This document shows, piece after piece, positions 18,132 through 27,924 of a DNA stretch of 64,000 bases. The position numbers were made by a program, and so were the translations under genes. The notes beneath the pieces were generated by a model. It did not search any database and was not told the DNA's origin. It saw nothing but the letters and a program-made list of their open reading frames with translations. Location of the stretch: assembly GCA_964604305.1 (NCBI GenBank), contig CAZRYM010000005.1, positions 7,217-71,216 of the forward strand, in the 5' to 3' direction. Numbering within the stretch: position 1 is the first letter of the stretch; each line of letters opens with the position of its first letter. The stretch is from an uncultured Thermotogaceae bacterium (GTDB lineage: Bacteria; Thermotogota; Thermotogae; MWEM01).

Positions 18132-18242
18132 TTAGTGAAGTCCCTGCATCGTCCAAAAAAATCTGTCTTTTTCCCTTTCAATCTGTTCACTTAACGTCTC
18201 GTATGGTTTTGAAACCTTTATTTTGAAAATATTCCTTTTCAT
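18132..18242 (-). CDS. Small ORF (36 aa) MKRNIFKIKVSKPYETLSEQIEREKDRFFWTMQGLH with strong SD; paralogue of 17936..18046
   Basis: Translated by hand. SD AAGGGAGGGA lies 5 nt upstream of the ATG. It shares the core E-x-I-E-R-x-[KR]-D-x2-[FY]-W with its neighbour. Confidence 0.35.
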   Translation of the reverse strand: MKRNIFKIKVSKPYETLSEQIEREKDRFFWTMQGLH

Positions 18243-18332
18243 TGTAATCCCTCCCTTTTTAGTCACATAATATTAGACGAGTTATTTATGTATAATATTA
18301 CACGCCATACCTATAATATATAGGAGGGGTTG

Positions 18333-20003
18333 TTAATATTCAGTTTTCTTTTTCTTTGACTTATACTCGTACATACGTGAATCAGCAATATGTATGATCT
18401 TCTCCAGATCATCAATACTCTTCTCTTCAAGAGTCGTGATTCCGTAACTGATTGATAGCTCCAATCCCTTTTGAAGCGTCTGCCCTTTTTCTTGAAGTAT
18501 AGAGTTGATTCTTTCCATAATTTTTTCGGATGTTTGTGCATCTGTTTTGATAAGGGCGATAACAAATTCATCTCCACCTATTCTGGAAATCAGATCTTCG
18601 GACCTTGTACAACTCAGAAGTGTTTCACCGAGTAGGTTTAAGGCCTTATCACCCATATTGTGACCGTATTGATCATTAATCTTTTTCAGATTATCCATGT
18701 CCACAAACACCAGAGTCCAGGGATAAATGTCTTTATCTATAATTTTTTTGATCTTTCTGAAAAATGTTCTTCTATTTTCCACTCCTGTCAGCTCATCATG
18801 TGAAGCAAGAACTTCCATACGGTCTTTGGCGATCTGTAAACTTTTATTTGCACTATTTTGATGGTTTATTAGAGAAGTGATTCGATGGGACATAATCTTA
18901 AAAGCATTTCCCAATTTTTCGGTTTCGCTGAAATCAGCATGTTTTTCCAGTTCCGATAATCCTAAGGAGGGATTCTTCTCATAATCATGTACCTTTTTAA
19001 TAATCATATTTAAGTTATTGACCAATTTTTTTACCTTTTGGTGATTAATTAGCACCATGATAATTAGAATGGAAGAGATGATGATGTTGAAAAGGGTTAG
19101 GAATGAATTTTTGATTTTTAAAAGTTGTGAAAAGTCTATTTCAAATTTGGTTCTTACAATGGGAGAAATTTCATTTGGGTTGAAATCTTCTTCATAAAGA
19201 CTGGTGTACACGATGTATAAGCCTTCTGAATTTTCTTTGAAAGCATAAAGTTGTTCGTTTTCAGCTTTTTTGAACATTCTTATATCATCTTTTGTCAATT
19301 CCGGGAAGTTTCCAAAAGGTTCATTCGAAACGGTATAAACAGCTATATTTTCCACATAGTCGTTGTTGTTTGCAAACAGTTGAAATTGATCGATAAATTT
19401 TTTTAAAATATCATCTTTCAACTTTAAGCCTATTTCGAAAAAATTGCCGTTGTTTAATCTATAATAACCAAAAATTCTGGGAATACCGGTTTTAACTTCA
19501 TAAAGCATCTTATCAATTTTGATTTTGTTTATTTGTAATTGATTTAAAAAAGTCCAGTATTTAGGGACTGTTTTCTGTAAATCAAGTCCAAGATCGTTTT
19601 CATAATTTGTCTTTTCTATAATGCCTTCGTTTGAGATCACATACCAGTTGACTTTTTCAACGGTATTATCCTGTGATAAATAGTGAGAATCAATTATTTG
19701 GCTGATTTGATCATCTGTAGCTTCTGGATTGTTTTCATACCAAGTGGCACTATCCTGAAGTATTTGATCCATCTTCTGTCTGTTAGTCTGTTGAAAACCT
19801 GTAATCATTTGATGCCAGTTTTCCTGATAAGAGATGACGCTTTCTACTATCGTGTTAAATATTGGATCAAAAATGTATTTTTTATAACCTTTATCGAAAA
19901 CAACATTGATGATGATAAGAAAGAATAATAAAGAGAATGCCAATGTAATGATTTGTGTTTTCAGTAAAGCGTAAATAAAACCACGTTTTTTCAAATTTCC
20001 CAC
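18333..20003 (-). CDS. Membrane-anchored diguanylate cyclase (TM - extracytoplasmic sensor domain - TM - GGDEF)
   Basis: Intact RIGGDEF with the I-site RSED five residues upstream. Other motifs: DELTGVENRR, DMDNLKKINDQYGH. Two TM helices flank a roughly 270-aa sensor domain. The start may be TTG 19994 (better RBS) rather than GTG 20003. Confidence 0.85.
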   Translation of the reverse strand: MGNLKKRGFIYALLKTQIITLAFSLLFFLIIINVVFDKGYKKYIFDPIFNTIVESVISYQENWHQMITGFQQTNRQKMDQILQDSATWYENNPEATDDQISQIIDSHYLSQDNTVEKVNWYVISNEGIIEKTNYENDLGLDLQKTVPKYWTFLNQLQINKIKIDKMLYEVKTGIPRIFGYYRLNNGNFFEIGLKLKDDILKKFIDQFQLFANNNDYVENIAVYTVSNEPFGNFPELTKDDIRMFKKAENEQLYAFKENSEGLYIVYTSLYEEDFNPNEISPIVRTKFEIDFSQLLKIKNSFLTLFNIIISSILIIMVLINHQKVKKLVNNLNMIIKKVHDYEKNPSLGLSELEKHADFSETEKLGNAFKIMSHRITSLINHQNSANKSLQIAKDRMEVLASHDELTGVENRRTFFRKIKKIIDKDIYPWTLVFVDMDNLKKINDQYGHNMGDKALNLLGETLLSCTRSEDLISRIGGDEFVIALIKTDAQTSEKIMERINSILQEKGQTLQKGLELSISYGITTLEEKSIDDLEKIIHIADSRMYEYKSKKKKTEY

Positions 20004-20087
20004 ACCTTTTTGTGTAGCCTAAACTCTTATCGTGGGATTATATCATATGACAAAGGTGTGGGGCTTTATGAAAGTACAAACGTTTTT

Positions 20088-20342
20088 TTATACAGGACTT
20101 TTTCTCCTGAGATATTCTCTGACGGCATCATTTGTAAATTGCTGGATTGTTTTCTCTTCTATCTTTGCAAGTTCTTTTAAAACAGCCCAGTCTTTATCGT
20201 CTAAATCCAGCTTGATAATCCTAATCTTTCCCTTGGTCATTTCCTGGATCCATTGATTGATGTCTTTCAGATTATCTTTGATATTTTCATTGATAATGTT
20301 TTCGAAATCCTCTTCAAAATCATTATGATTTTTCTTCATCAT
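20088..20342 (-). CDS. Small ribbon-helix-helix-like protein (84 aa), last gene of DUF4097 operon
   Basis: The C-terminal half (KIRIIKLDLDDKDWAVLKELAKIEEKTIQQFTNDAVREYL) has a beta-alpha-alpha RHH pattern. It overlaps the upstream gene by 20 bp. Confidence 0.45.
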   Translation of the reverse strand: MMKKNHNDFEEDFENIINENIKDNLKDINQWIQEMTKGKIRIIKLDLDDKDWAVLKELAKIEEKTIQQFTNDAVREYLRRKSPV

Positions 20343-21513
20343 CTCTCACTTCCTGCTCACTGTTATTTGTGGTTTCTTCAGAGTTCTTTTTATTTTCCGG
20401 TATGACTTCTTCACGCATATCTTGAATCAGTTTTTCTGTTTGTTCCTCTGAATATTCCAAGATTTTTAGCATTTCCTTAGCTTCTTCCAGAGTAATAATA
20501 CCCTGTAAATAAGTATAAACAATTCTTTCAGCATCCGGATCGTGTTTAGATGTTTTCTCTTCAGTTGATTTTTCTTTTAATTGCTCAGGTGTAAATTCTT
20601 CGGTTTTGATAATCAGATCGCCAGAAACGGTTTTAGCGTTGATTTCTCCTCCTGTTCCTTCTCCAAAGGTAAACTCGTTTTTACCTTTGACTTTAGGCTG
20701 TCTCTTTTTGAAAAGTGGATCTCCGGAAACAGAAATAAAACTGACAGAAGCATCAACGGGTGTTGTGAGTATGTTGATGTCTCCACTAACCGTATTGGCA
20801 TTCCAAGAAATTTTTCGATTGACATTTTTTATCATGATATCCCCGCTGACCGTAATAATTTTTGATTCAGACGGGATGTTTCTGACGGCAATATCCCCGC
20901 TGACATTGTTGGCAGAAAGATACTGTGCGTTTTCAGAAATGGAGTCAATCTTAATGTCTCCCGATTTATCATTGCATGCTATCTGTGTTGCATCAATGTC
21001 GAAAGAAGAGATGTCTCCGCTTAATGATGAAAGGGTGCATTTATTTTCAACCTTGATCCCCTGTATTCTGATATCCCCTGATTTGGTGTTAATGGTCAGT
21101 TCATCACTAAAAGCAGCATCACATGTAATATCTCCCGATGTTGAGGAAAGTTTGATCTTTCCGCCTTTCAGTCCGTTTGCTTTTATTGATCCGGAAACGG
21201 TACTAATTGAAATTTTTTTAAGAATATCGACGGGTATTTTTAACTTGGCTTTGTATAGATTACCAACCGATGTGTTTATTGTTATTCCGAAAAATTTTAC
21301 AATATTGCTCTTATCGTCAAAACGGATAATGAGTTTTTTTTCATTTCTGACAACTTCAACATCACAGTTTTCCTTTTCCCAAATAACATCCCAAGATACT
21401 TCTGAAACTGGTTCTTCAACACCTTCTAATTCGAAATCTCCTCCAACAGTAGAGATGACGATTTCATCTATATCGGTAAGGCTTGTGTTGCCTTTTTTTT
21501 GATAGAATGACAT
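20323..21513 (-). CDS. DUF4097-like (LiaF C-domain/YvlB-like) putative adhesin/beta-helix repeat protein
   Basis: About 10 reiterations of [VTKL]SGDI spaced roughly 20-25 aa apart (VSGDI, TSGDI, KSGDIRIQ, LSGDIS, KSGDIKID, VSGDIAV, VSGDIMI, VSGDINI, VSGDPLF, VSGDLII). The start is set at ATG 21513 because of RBS GAAGGGGGA. Confidence 0.7.
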   Translation of the reverse strand: MSFYQKKGNTSLTDIDEIVISTVGGDFELEGVEEPVSEVSWDVIWEKENCDVEVVRNEKKLIIRFDDKSNIVKFFGITINTSVGNLYKAKLKIPVDILKKISISTVSGSIKANGLKGGKIKLSSTSGDITCDAAFSDELTINTKSGDIRIQGIKVENKCTLSSLSGDISSFDIDATQIACNDKSGDIKIDSISENAQYLSANNVSGDIAVRNIPSESKIITVSGDIMIKNVNRKISWNANTVSGDINILTTPVDASVSFISVSGDPLFKKRQPKVKGKNEFTFGEGTGGEINAKTVSGDLIIKTEEFTPEQLKEKSTEEKTSKHDPDAERIVYTYLQGIITLEEAKEMLKILEYSEEQTEKLIQDMREEVIPENKKNSEETTNNSEQEVRDDEEKS

Positions 21514-21526
21514 TTTTAATCCCCCT

Positions 21527-21736
21527 TCAAGCAATCAATGTTTTTATAAGCCATATGAAACCAGCCACGGCCAATATCACAATCAATATGGGTAAGAAGA
21601 TAACGAATATGCCTGCAAAAATCAAACCAACTAGAATGACAGCGCCTATTGCGACGAATATTCCGATAATCGCCGGGAATAACTTAAAACCCAAAAAGAT
21701 GAGGAAAATTGCCCCAAGAACTGATAGTATATTCAT
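21527..21736 (-). CDS. Small integral membrane protein (69 aa, 2 TM)
   Basis: Almost entirely hydrophobic (GAIFLIFLGF...ILAVAGFIWLI). Small-TM partners like this commonly accompany DUF4097 and DUF2089 genes. Confidence 0.55.
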   Translation of the reverse strand: MNILSVLGAIFLIFLGFKLFPAIIGIFVAIGAVILVGLIFAGIFVIFLPILIVILAVAGFIWLIKTLIA

Positions 21737-22113
21737 TTCTTCTCCTCCTTCTTTAACGTTCTCAACATTTCCATGGCATCCTTTGAACTTATCTCACCGT
21801 TTTCAAGCATATCAAGAATTTTTTGTGATTCTGTTCTCTCAGGTTGTGCACCTTCATATCCCATGGTTCTGACAATATCTTCCAATCTGTTTCTGGCAGT
21901 TGGGTATGAAATCTCCAACTCCTTCTGGACTTCCGAAAGATTTCCCCTGTTTTTAATAAATACTTTTGCAAAAAAAAGCTGATCTTCAGATAATTTGAAC
22001 AGCTCATCCAGTTCAAACTTTCCGTTTACCGTTGTACCACAATTACCACACTTATACTCAGAGATAAAAAGTTGATGATTACAAGCGGGACATTTAGTTA
22101 AAGTTTTTCTCAT
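21733..22113 (-). CDS. DUF2089-like zinc-ribbon + HTH protein (probable regulator of the downstream operon)
   Basis: N-terminal CPACNHQ...CGNCG zinc ribbon and C-terminal HTH (LSEVQKELEISYPTARNRLEDI). It overlaps the next gene by 4 bp. Confidence 0.6.
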   Translation of the reverse strand: MRKTLTKCPACNHQLFISEYKCGNCGTTVNGKFELDELFKLSEDQLFFAKVFIKNRGNLSEVQKELEISYPTARNRLEDIVRTMGYEGAQPERTESQKILDMLENGEISSKDAMEMLRTLKKEEKK

Positions 22114-22353
22114 TTTTCTTCACCTTCTTTCTGTTGATATAAACATTATACAGTATAAAGTTGCAAAAGTCAAGTTCTATAGAAAGATATTTAAGTTTGA
22201 AGTGAATATTATTAATGTGGAAGCGAATATATTTAATTAATTGAAGTTTTATTATTATTCAGGAGGATTAACAGACACAGCCGGTTCTTTCTGTTTGAAT
22301 GGATTACTGGCCAATGCAGTTATTCAATTTGAATCAGTAATTTTTTCCAGAAG

Positions 22354-23778
22354 TCATTCTTGATTGGGGAACTGAAAATCTTTGGAAGCGTTTGCAATTT
22401 GGTATTGTTCAATACTGTTACGTATGCTTTCAAATTTAATTTCTACAGTTTTTCCAAGGATTTTTTCTATGGCATGTTTTTTTTCTTTCAGAATCTTGAT
22501 GTCTTCAATTTTTCTTTGTGCAAAAGGTGTACCCGGCTTTGGAATCAATGGGTTGAAGCTGATTTTTATATCTGTAACTCCAAATGAGTGAGCAAGGTCA
22601 CTGATTTTTCCAATCGCTGTAAAATCGGATTCCTCCTCTTCTCTCAAGCCGTAGATAAAGTACATCTTAAGCTTTTTTAAGCCTTTTTTTGCGATCATTC
22701 TAAGACTTCTTTCAATATCCTCATTGGATATTTGTTTCTTCATCACATCTCTTATCTTTTGACTGCCACCCTCCGGGGCGATAGTGATTTCCCTTTGTCC
22801 ACTTCTTATGATTCCTTCAATCAACTTTTCTGATAGAGAATCCAGCCTTAATGATGAAACTGAGAATTTCATATTCCTCTCTTCAAGAAGGTCGAGAATA
22901 TTTTCTTTAAATGGATGATCTGTAAATGTTGCTGAGATTAGACCGCAATCAGTAAATCCTTTTTCTTTTATTTCATCCAGAACAGTTCTTATAACATCTA
23001 TTTTAACAAATCTGGCCGGACTTCGAGTATGTCCTGCGACACAGAATGCGCAAGATCTAATACATCCTCTGCCAATTTCCAAGAGGACTTTATCAGGAAA
23101 AACTGATTTTCTACTTGTAAAAATAGAAACAGCAGGTTTATCTATCATCTCAAATGATTTGGAAGTTGCTTTTGAGTCCACATTAAGAGGGGGGATTGAA
23201 AGATTTTCAATTATTCTAAGTTCTTCAAGTATAGTTGTCCGATCTTTTTTTCCTTTAAAACCTTCCCGAAGATTTAGCATGAGAAATTGTAGTTTACCTT
23301 CCGCATCCCCATGAAAAATTATGTCTGTATATCTCCAAAGGGCATTAGGGTTAAAATATGTAACGGCACCCCCCAGTAGAATAAACGGATGATGGTTTGT
23401 TCTGTTTTGACTTTGCAGTGGAATCCCCTTTTTCTTTAAGAGGGTAATAACATTTTTGAAATCCATTTCAAAAGAAACGGAAAAGGCCCAAATGTGAAAT
23501 TCATCCAAAGGCCTAAAAGTATCTAGAGAATAAAAACGGGAAAAACCTTTATCAAAAAAAAATCTTTCACATTGAATTCCATCAAGGGAGTTTAATAGTT
23601 CAAATACTTTGTGAAACCCAAGATTTGAAATAGCTGTCTCGTAAGATGAAGGGAAGATCAGAGCCACTTTTAAATCCTTTTCCATAATATGAAGAGATCT
23701 GAATGTCTTTTCAGATCTCTTTTTGTTTTCAATAATCTTAAATTCTTTCAGGTCTTCGGACCTTCTTGGTTTTCTCAA
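22354..23778 (-). CDS. B12-binding-domain radical SAM protein (TIGR03960-like, function unknown)
   Basis: The N-terminus (KVALIFPSSYETAISNLG) resembles a B12-binding-like fold. Radical SAM cluster motif GRGCIRSCAFCVAG. The start is either TTG 23778 (coupled) or ATG 23685. Confidence 0.8.
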   Translation of the reverse strand: MRKPRRSEDLKEFKIIENKKRSEKTFRSLHIMEKDLKVALIFPSSYETAISNLGFHKVFELLNSLDGIQCERFFFDKGFSRFYSLDTFRPLDEFHIWAFSVSFEMDFKNVITLLKKKGIPLQSQNRTNHHPFILLGGAVTYFNPNALWRYTDIIFHGDAEGKLQFLMLNLREGFKGKKDRTTILEELRIIENLSIPPLNVDSKATSKSFEMIDKPAVSIFTSRKSVFPDKVLLEIGRGCIRSCAFCVAGHTRSPARFVKIDVIRTVLDEIKEKGFTDCGLISATFTDHPFKENILDLLEERNMKFSVSSLRLDSLSEKLIEGIIRSGQREITIAPEGGSQKIRDVMKKQISNEDIERSLRMIAKKGLKKLKMYFIYGLREEEESDFTAIGKISDLAHSFGVTDIKISFNPLIPKPGTPFAQRKIEDIKILKEKKHAIEKILGKTVEIKFESIRNSIEQYQIANASKDFQFPNQE

Positions 23779-23779
23779 T

Positions 23780-24193
23780 TTATAACCGCTTTTCTTCGAC
23801 TTTTCTTTTGATGTAGTCAGGAGAAATGATTACCCTGTCGATCTTACCGTGTGCAATATGCTCCATTTCGTCGTAAGCTTCAAAGGAAAAACGTATATGA
23901 TTTCCTTCCACGCAATTTATTCGAATTTTTAATGTTACTCGCATAGAAACGGGAGTGATGCCAAAATGTTTGATGCTGGATGATACAACAGCAGCAATAA
24001 TGTTTTCTCCAAGGACTCTTTTCAACATGTTTTCAGTAAATTCAAAAACTTTGATTATTAATTCTCTGGTTGCCAAAACGCTTAAATTTTTTACGATGGC
24101 GTTCTCTTTCCATATTTGTTCAGGTAGAACCTGAAATTGTGACGTTTCTTCTTTTTGTTCAAGAAAATTATAGGAACGATTTAAAACTGACAT
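23780..24193 (-). CDS. Hotdog-fold thioesterase-like protein (137 aa)
   Basis: Size and the pattern GENIIAAVVSSS...HGKIDRVII are consistent with a 4HBT/FlK-like hotdog fold. This is a weak assignment. Confidence 0.4.
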   Translation of the reverse strand: MSVLNRSYNFLEQKEETSQFQVLPEQIWKENAIVKNLSVLATRELIIKVFEFTENMLKRVLGENIIAAVVSSSIKHFGITPVSMRVTLKIRINCVEGNHIRFSFEAYDEMEHIAHGKIDRVIISPDYIKRKVEEKRL

Positions 24194-24207
24194 ACTCTAC
24201 CTCCAAA

Positions 24208-24891
24208 TCAATTTCTTCTTGATAATAAAAGCATCCTCAATAATTGGGATATTGCCATTAGAGTGGATGCAACATAGGTCATTGCAGCTGCATTCAATAC
24301 TCTTTTTGCCATGGCTGTTTCTTTGTTGTCAAGAATATGCTGACTCTCGATCATTGCCAGCGCCCTGCTGCTGGCATTAAACTCAACGGGTAAAGTGATG
24401 ATTGAAAATATTACAACTGCCAGAAAAAGCCAAATGCCAACGTTAATTAAAAGTGGTGTAGATAAAAGAAGTCCAGCAAAAAAAATGATCCATGAAAAAG
24501 AAGAACCGAATTGTGCGATAGGGACAAATGCGTTTCTTATTTTCAAAGGAGCGTAATTGTTTTTGTGTTGTATGGCATGGCCTATTTCATGTGCAACTAC
24601 ACCCAGACTTGCAACGGAATCACTGGAATAAGTAGATTCAGAAAGGGCGACTTGCTTCTTTCTTGGATCGTAATGATCAGATAGATTTCCGCCGATATGA
24701 ACGATTCTGATATTGGATAATCCGTTAGATGTGAGGAGTTGCTGGGCCAATTCATAACCGGTAATTCCCGATTTGGAACGAATGTGAGAAAACCTCTCAA
24801 ATGTTGATTTAACCTTCATCTGTGCCCAAATCCCAAACACGAAGGCTGGAATCAGGAGAATCATGGATGCATAAAAAAACATTTTTACCAC
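24208..24891 (-). CDS. Membrane-associated neutral zinc metallopeptidase (YugP/Zn_peptidase_2-like)
   Basis: HExxH site VAHEIGHAIQH. N-terminal TM helix and a hydrophobic C-terminal region. Confidence 0.75.
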   Translation of the reverse strand: MVKMFFYASMILLIPAFVFGIWAQMKVKSTFERFSHIRSKSGITGYELAQQLLTSNGLSNIRIVHIGGNLSDHYDPRKKQVALSESTYSSDSVASLGVVAHEIGHAIQHKNNYAPLKIRNAFVPIAQFGSSFSWIIFFAGLLLSTPLLINVGIWLFLAVVIFSIITLPVEFNASSRALAMIESQHILDNKETAMAKRVLNAAAMTYVASTLMAISQLLRMLLLSRRN

Positions 24892-24923
24892 CTCTTTTCA
24901 CGGTTGTTATCATTTTCAAAGGA

Positions 24924-26174
24924 TTATTTGTTCAAGTACGTGATTAACGTCTTCAAATGCTTGCTTCTGGTTGGATGCCGAAGCTTTCTCAATGCCTTTA
25001 CTTCGATCTGTCTTACTCTTTCACGTGTAACATTCAAATATTTTCCAACCTCTTCCAATGTTTTTTGACGTCCGTCAATCAATCCGTATCTCATTTTTAA
25101 AACTGTCGCCTCTCTGGGGCCCAATGTGTTTAAAACTTCATTTATCTCGTCTCTTAAAAGCATTAACATGGCAGAATCTTCGGGATTTATATTTTCCACA
25201 TCTGCAACAAAATCTCCTACTGAGGAATCTTCATCTCCACCAACCGGGGATTCCAAGGATAGAGTCTCTTTATCTGCTTGCAATATCTCTTCAATCTTTT
25301 CAGTTGTTTTTCCTGTCATCTTTGCAAGGGTTTTTACTGAAGGATAATCTCCATGCTCCTGCAAATATTCCCGTCTGATCTTGTTGATTTTATTGATGGT
25401 TTCTACCATGTGAACCGGAACTCTTATGGTTCTCGCCTGATCAGCAATAGCTCTGGTAATGGCCTGTCTAATCCACCATGTAGCGTAGGTGCTGAATTTA
25501 TAACCCTTTTTCCAGTCAAACTTCTCTACAGCCTTTAGAAGACCGATATTTCCTTCCTGGATGAGATCGAGAAAGGTTAATCCCCTTCCAATATATCTTT
25601 TTGCAATACTGACCACAAGTCTTAAGTTTGCCACAACCAGCTTCTGTTTTGATTTGTCATTACCCCTTTGAGCCTTTCTTGCATAGGTTCTCTCTTGCGT
25701 TGGGGTTAAAAGCGGGATTCTTCCGATTTCCTTCAGGTACATTTTGACACCGTCTTTAGTATATGATGCGTTATCAAAAATAGCCGGTCCTGTGGTACTA
25801 ATAATCTTCTCCATGACTTCATCGTTTGTACTGGAAACCTCGTCTTTTTCTTCGTCATCATCATCAATGTCAGGTTCGCTTTCCTTGATCATGATATTAG
25901 CCTTTTCCAAATTTTCGTAAATTGTTTCCAGAAAGTTTCCATCAAATCCGGTATAATCCGGTGGAAGTGATTTATCAATATCCTCGTATGTGATATATCC
26001 CTTCTTTTTACCAATAGTTACAAGTTCCTTCATCCTTGCTTTAATTTCTTCCGGACCCAGGGTTTTTGGTTCTTTGGAGGCTTTCTTTTTTGTGCTGCCT
26101 TTTGTTGAGCGCTTTTTTACCGTTGGTTTTTTTTGTTCGTTTTTTTCACTGTCATCTTGCTTGTTCACGCTCAT
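24924..26174 (-). CDS. rpoD: RNA polymerase sigma factor RpoD/SigA
   Basis: Region 2 [18 protein letters not shown], region 4 [20 protein letters not shown], and an acidic N-terminal region. It overlaps dnaG by 23 bp. Confidence 0.95.
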   Translation of the reverse strand: MSVNKQDDSEKNEQKKPTVKKRSTKGSTKKKASKEPKTLGPEEIKARMKELVTIGKKKGYITYEDIDKSLPPDYTGFDGNFLETIYENLEKANIMIKESEPDIDDDDEEKDEVSSTNDEVMEKIISTTGPAIFDNASYTKDGVKMYLKEIGRIPLLTPTQERTYARKAQRGNDKSKQKLVVANLRLVVSIAKRYIGRGLTFLDLIQEGNIGLLKAVEKFDWKKGYKFSTYATWWIRQAITRAIADQARTIRVPVHMVETINKINKIRREYLQEHGDYPSVKTLAKMTGKTTEKIEEILQADKETLSLESPVGGDEDSSVGDFVADVENINPEDSAMLMLLRDEINEVLNTLGPREATVLKMRYGLIDGRQKTLEEVGKYLNVTRERVRQIEVKALRKLRHPTRSKHLKTLITYLNK

Positions 26175-27924
26175 TCATTGTCCTCCCTTCTGATTTATTT
26201 AATTTATTAAATTCTCTGGAGAGTTTCAAACGATTTGTAATAAGCTGAAAACGTTCCTTTTCTTGTTCTGTATTCTGGATCAACTTATCAAGCTTTTCCA
26301 TTTCATAACGTAATTGCCTTTTTTTAAAAGCCTTTTCACAATCTGAAATAATGAAGGGAAACGAATCGGATTTTTCATATCGTTCAAATTGACGAAAAAA
26401 ACCCTCAATTTTATCGTTTGTAAAATAGTTCTGCAAATGCTCTGCAGCATCATCAGGTTGAAATTTTTGGCGAACATCTTTGAAAAAATTGATATAGGCA
26501 TCCTTTATAATTTGCGCATACTCTTTAAATATGGACTCTATGGTAATCCTGGTGGTCGGATGAAACAAATAGAGTACAGTTAATTCCTGTTCAGGTTCCA
26601 AGTTATGAAGTATTTGAGACTTTTTTTCTCCTAATATTTGTCCTCCCATGTTTTTCTTTTGGGAACTTTCTTTTTTTGAAATATTCCAATTTTCCAAAAG
26701 TAGGCTTTTATCAAGTTGTGTCCAATCTGACAGCTTAGAAATCAACTTATCGAATCTTGAGATATTACCGGTTCTCTTTGCTCGAGCCAGGATGTATCGG
26801 CTATTTGCAATAAGAGAATCTCTGCCGGTTTCTTTTTCAAGATTGAAAGTTTTTTTTAAACTTTCCAATAAAAATTCTTCTATCGAAATAGCTTTAAGAA
26901 GTGTATTCTGAAAACTTTCAATGCCATATTTTAAAACGTATTCATCAGGATCTTTTACCGGAGACAATTGTAAAACCAGGGCGTTAATGGAATCATTCAG
27001 GTTTTTGAATGATTTTTCGATAGCGTTGATACCAGCTTCATCACTATCCAAGGCGAAAACAAATTTGTTTGTATACCTTGAAAGTTCACCGATCTGTTCT
27101 TTTGTAAGACTCGTCCCCATAATCGCCACGGTGTTTTTCATCCCATTTGTGTATAGCCTGATGGCATCAAAATACCCCTCTGTCAGTATTACAAAATCCA
27201 CATCTTTAATGTTTTTTCGACTTAAGTCAAAAAGATAAAGAACTTTGCTTTTATTAAAGTAATCCGTTTGAGGTGAATTGATGTATTTCGGTTTTTCGTC
27301 ATCTTCTACTTTTCTACCTGAAAAACCCAAAACATTGCCCGATTGATCTCTTAGAGAAAATATAAGGCGGCCCGCGAAAATATTATTCTCTCTTTCGTTA
27401 AAAATTCCTAATTCTTTTAGTCTTTGAGCACTAAAAATTTCCAAGAGCTTTTTGGTATCAGCATAATCTGACCAACCTAATCCTATCTCTTTGAGTCTTT
27501 CAGGTTCTAATCTCCTGATGTTTTTTAGGTAATGCCAACCTGCAGACCCCTCTTTCAAATTATTTGTGAATAAGGTCTCAATCTTTTTCATATCATTGGC
27601 ATATGTTCGGAATTTTGAATCAATTGTTTTGTCAAATTGGGGCATTTGAACAGAATATCTGTCTGCAATTAATTTGACACTGTCCATAAAATCTAAATTC
27701 TCATAGGCTTGTATGAAAGAAATAATATCACCATTGGCACCACAACCAAAACAGTGAAAAGATTGTGTATTTTCATAGACGTAGAAAGATGGAGTTTTTT
27801 CCTGATGAAAAGGGCATAATGCCTTATAATTTCTTCCTGATTTTTGAAGTTCGATGTATGAAGAAATCAAATCCACTATGTTTACTTCTGTTTTGAGTTT
27901 CTGTACAAATCCTTTTAAACCCAC
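26152..27924 (-). CDS. dnaG: DNA primase
   Basis: Zinc-binding N-terminus [11 protein letters not shown]...CFGCG. TOPRIM region. 590 aa immediately upstream of rpoD. Confidence 0.9.
   Translation of the reverse strand: MGLKGFVQKLKTEVNIVDLISSYIELQKSGRNYKALCPFHQEKTPSFYVYENTQSFHCFGCGANGDIISFIQAYENLDFMDSVKLIADRYSVQMPQFDKTIDSKFRTYANDMKKIETLFTNNLKEGSAGWHYLKNIRRLEPERLKEIGLGWSDYADTKKLLEIFSAQRLKELGIFNERENNIFAGRLIFSLRDQSGNVLGFSGRKVEDDEKPKYINSPQTDYFNKSKVLYLFDLSRKNIKDVDFVILTEGYFDAIRLYTNGMKNTVAIMGTSLTKEQIGELSRYTNKFVFALDSDEAGINAIEKSFKNLNDSINALVLQLSPVKDPDEYVLKYGIESFQNTLLKAISIEEFLLESLKKTFNLEKETGRDSLIANSRYILARAKRTGNISRFDKLISKLSDWTQLDKSLLLENWNISKKESSQKKNMGGQILGEKKSQILHNLEPEQELTVLYLFHPTTRITIESIFKEYAQIIKDAYINFFKDVRQKFQPDDAAEHLQNYFTNDKIEGFFRQFERYEKSDSFPFIISDCEKAFKKRQLRYEMEKLDKLIQNTEQEKERFQLITNRLKLSREFNKLNKSEGRTMNEREQAR

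Noticed and set aside
20606-21502. 298-aa ORF on the + strand antisense to the DUF4097 gene, with repeated ISPD/MSPL motifs
   Set aside because: It is the mirror image of the SGDI coding repeats on the opposite strand. The periodic codons simply avoid stops in the antisense frame. It has no RBS or start context and a low-complexity S/P/L composition.
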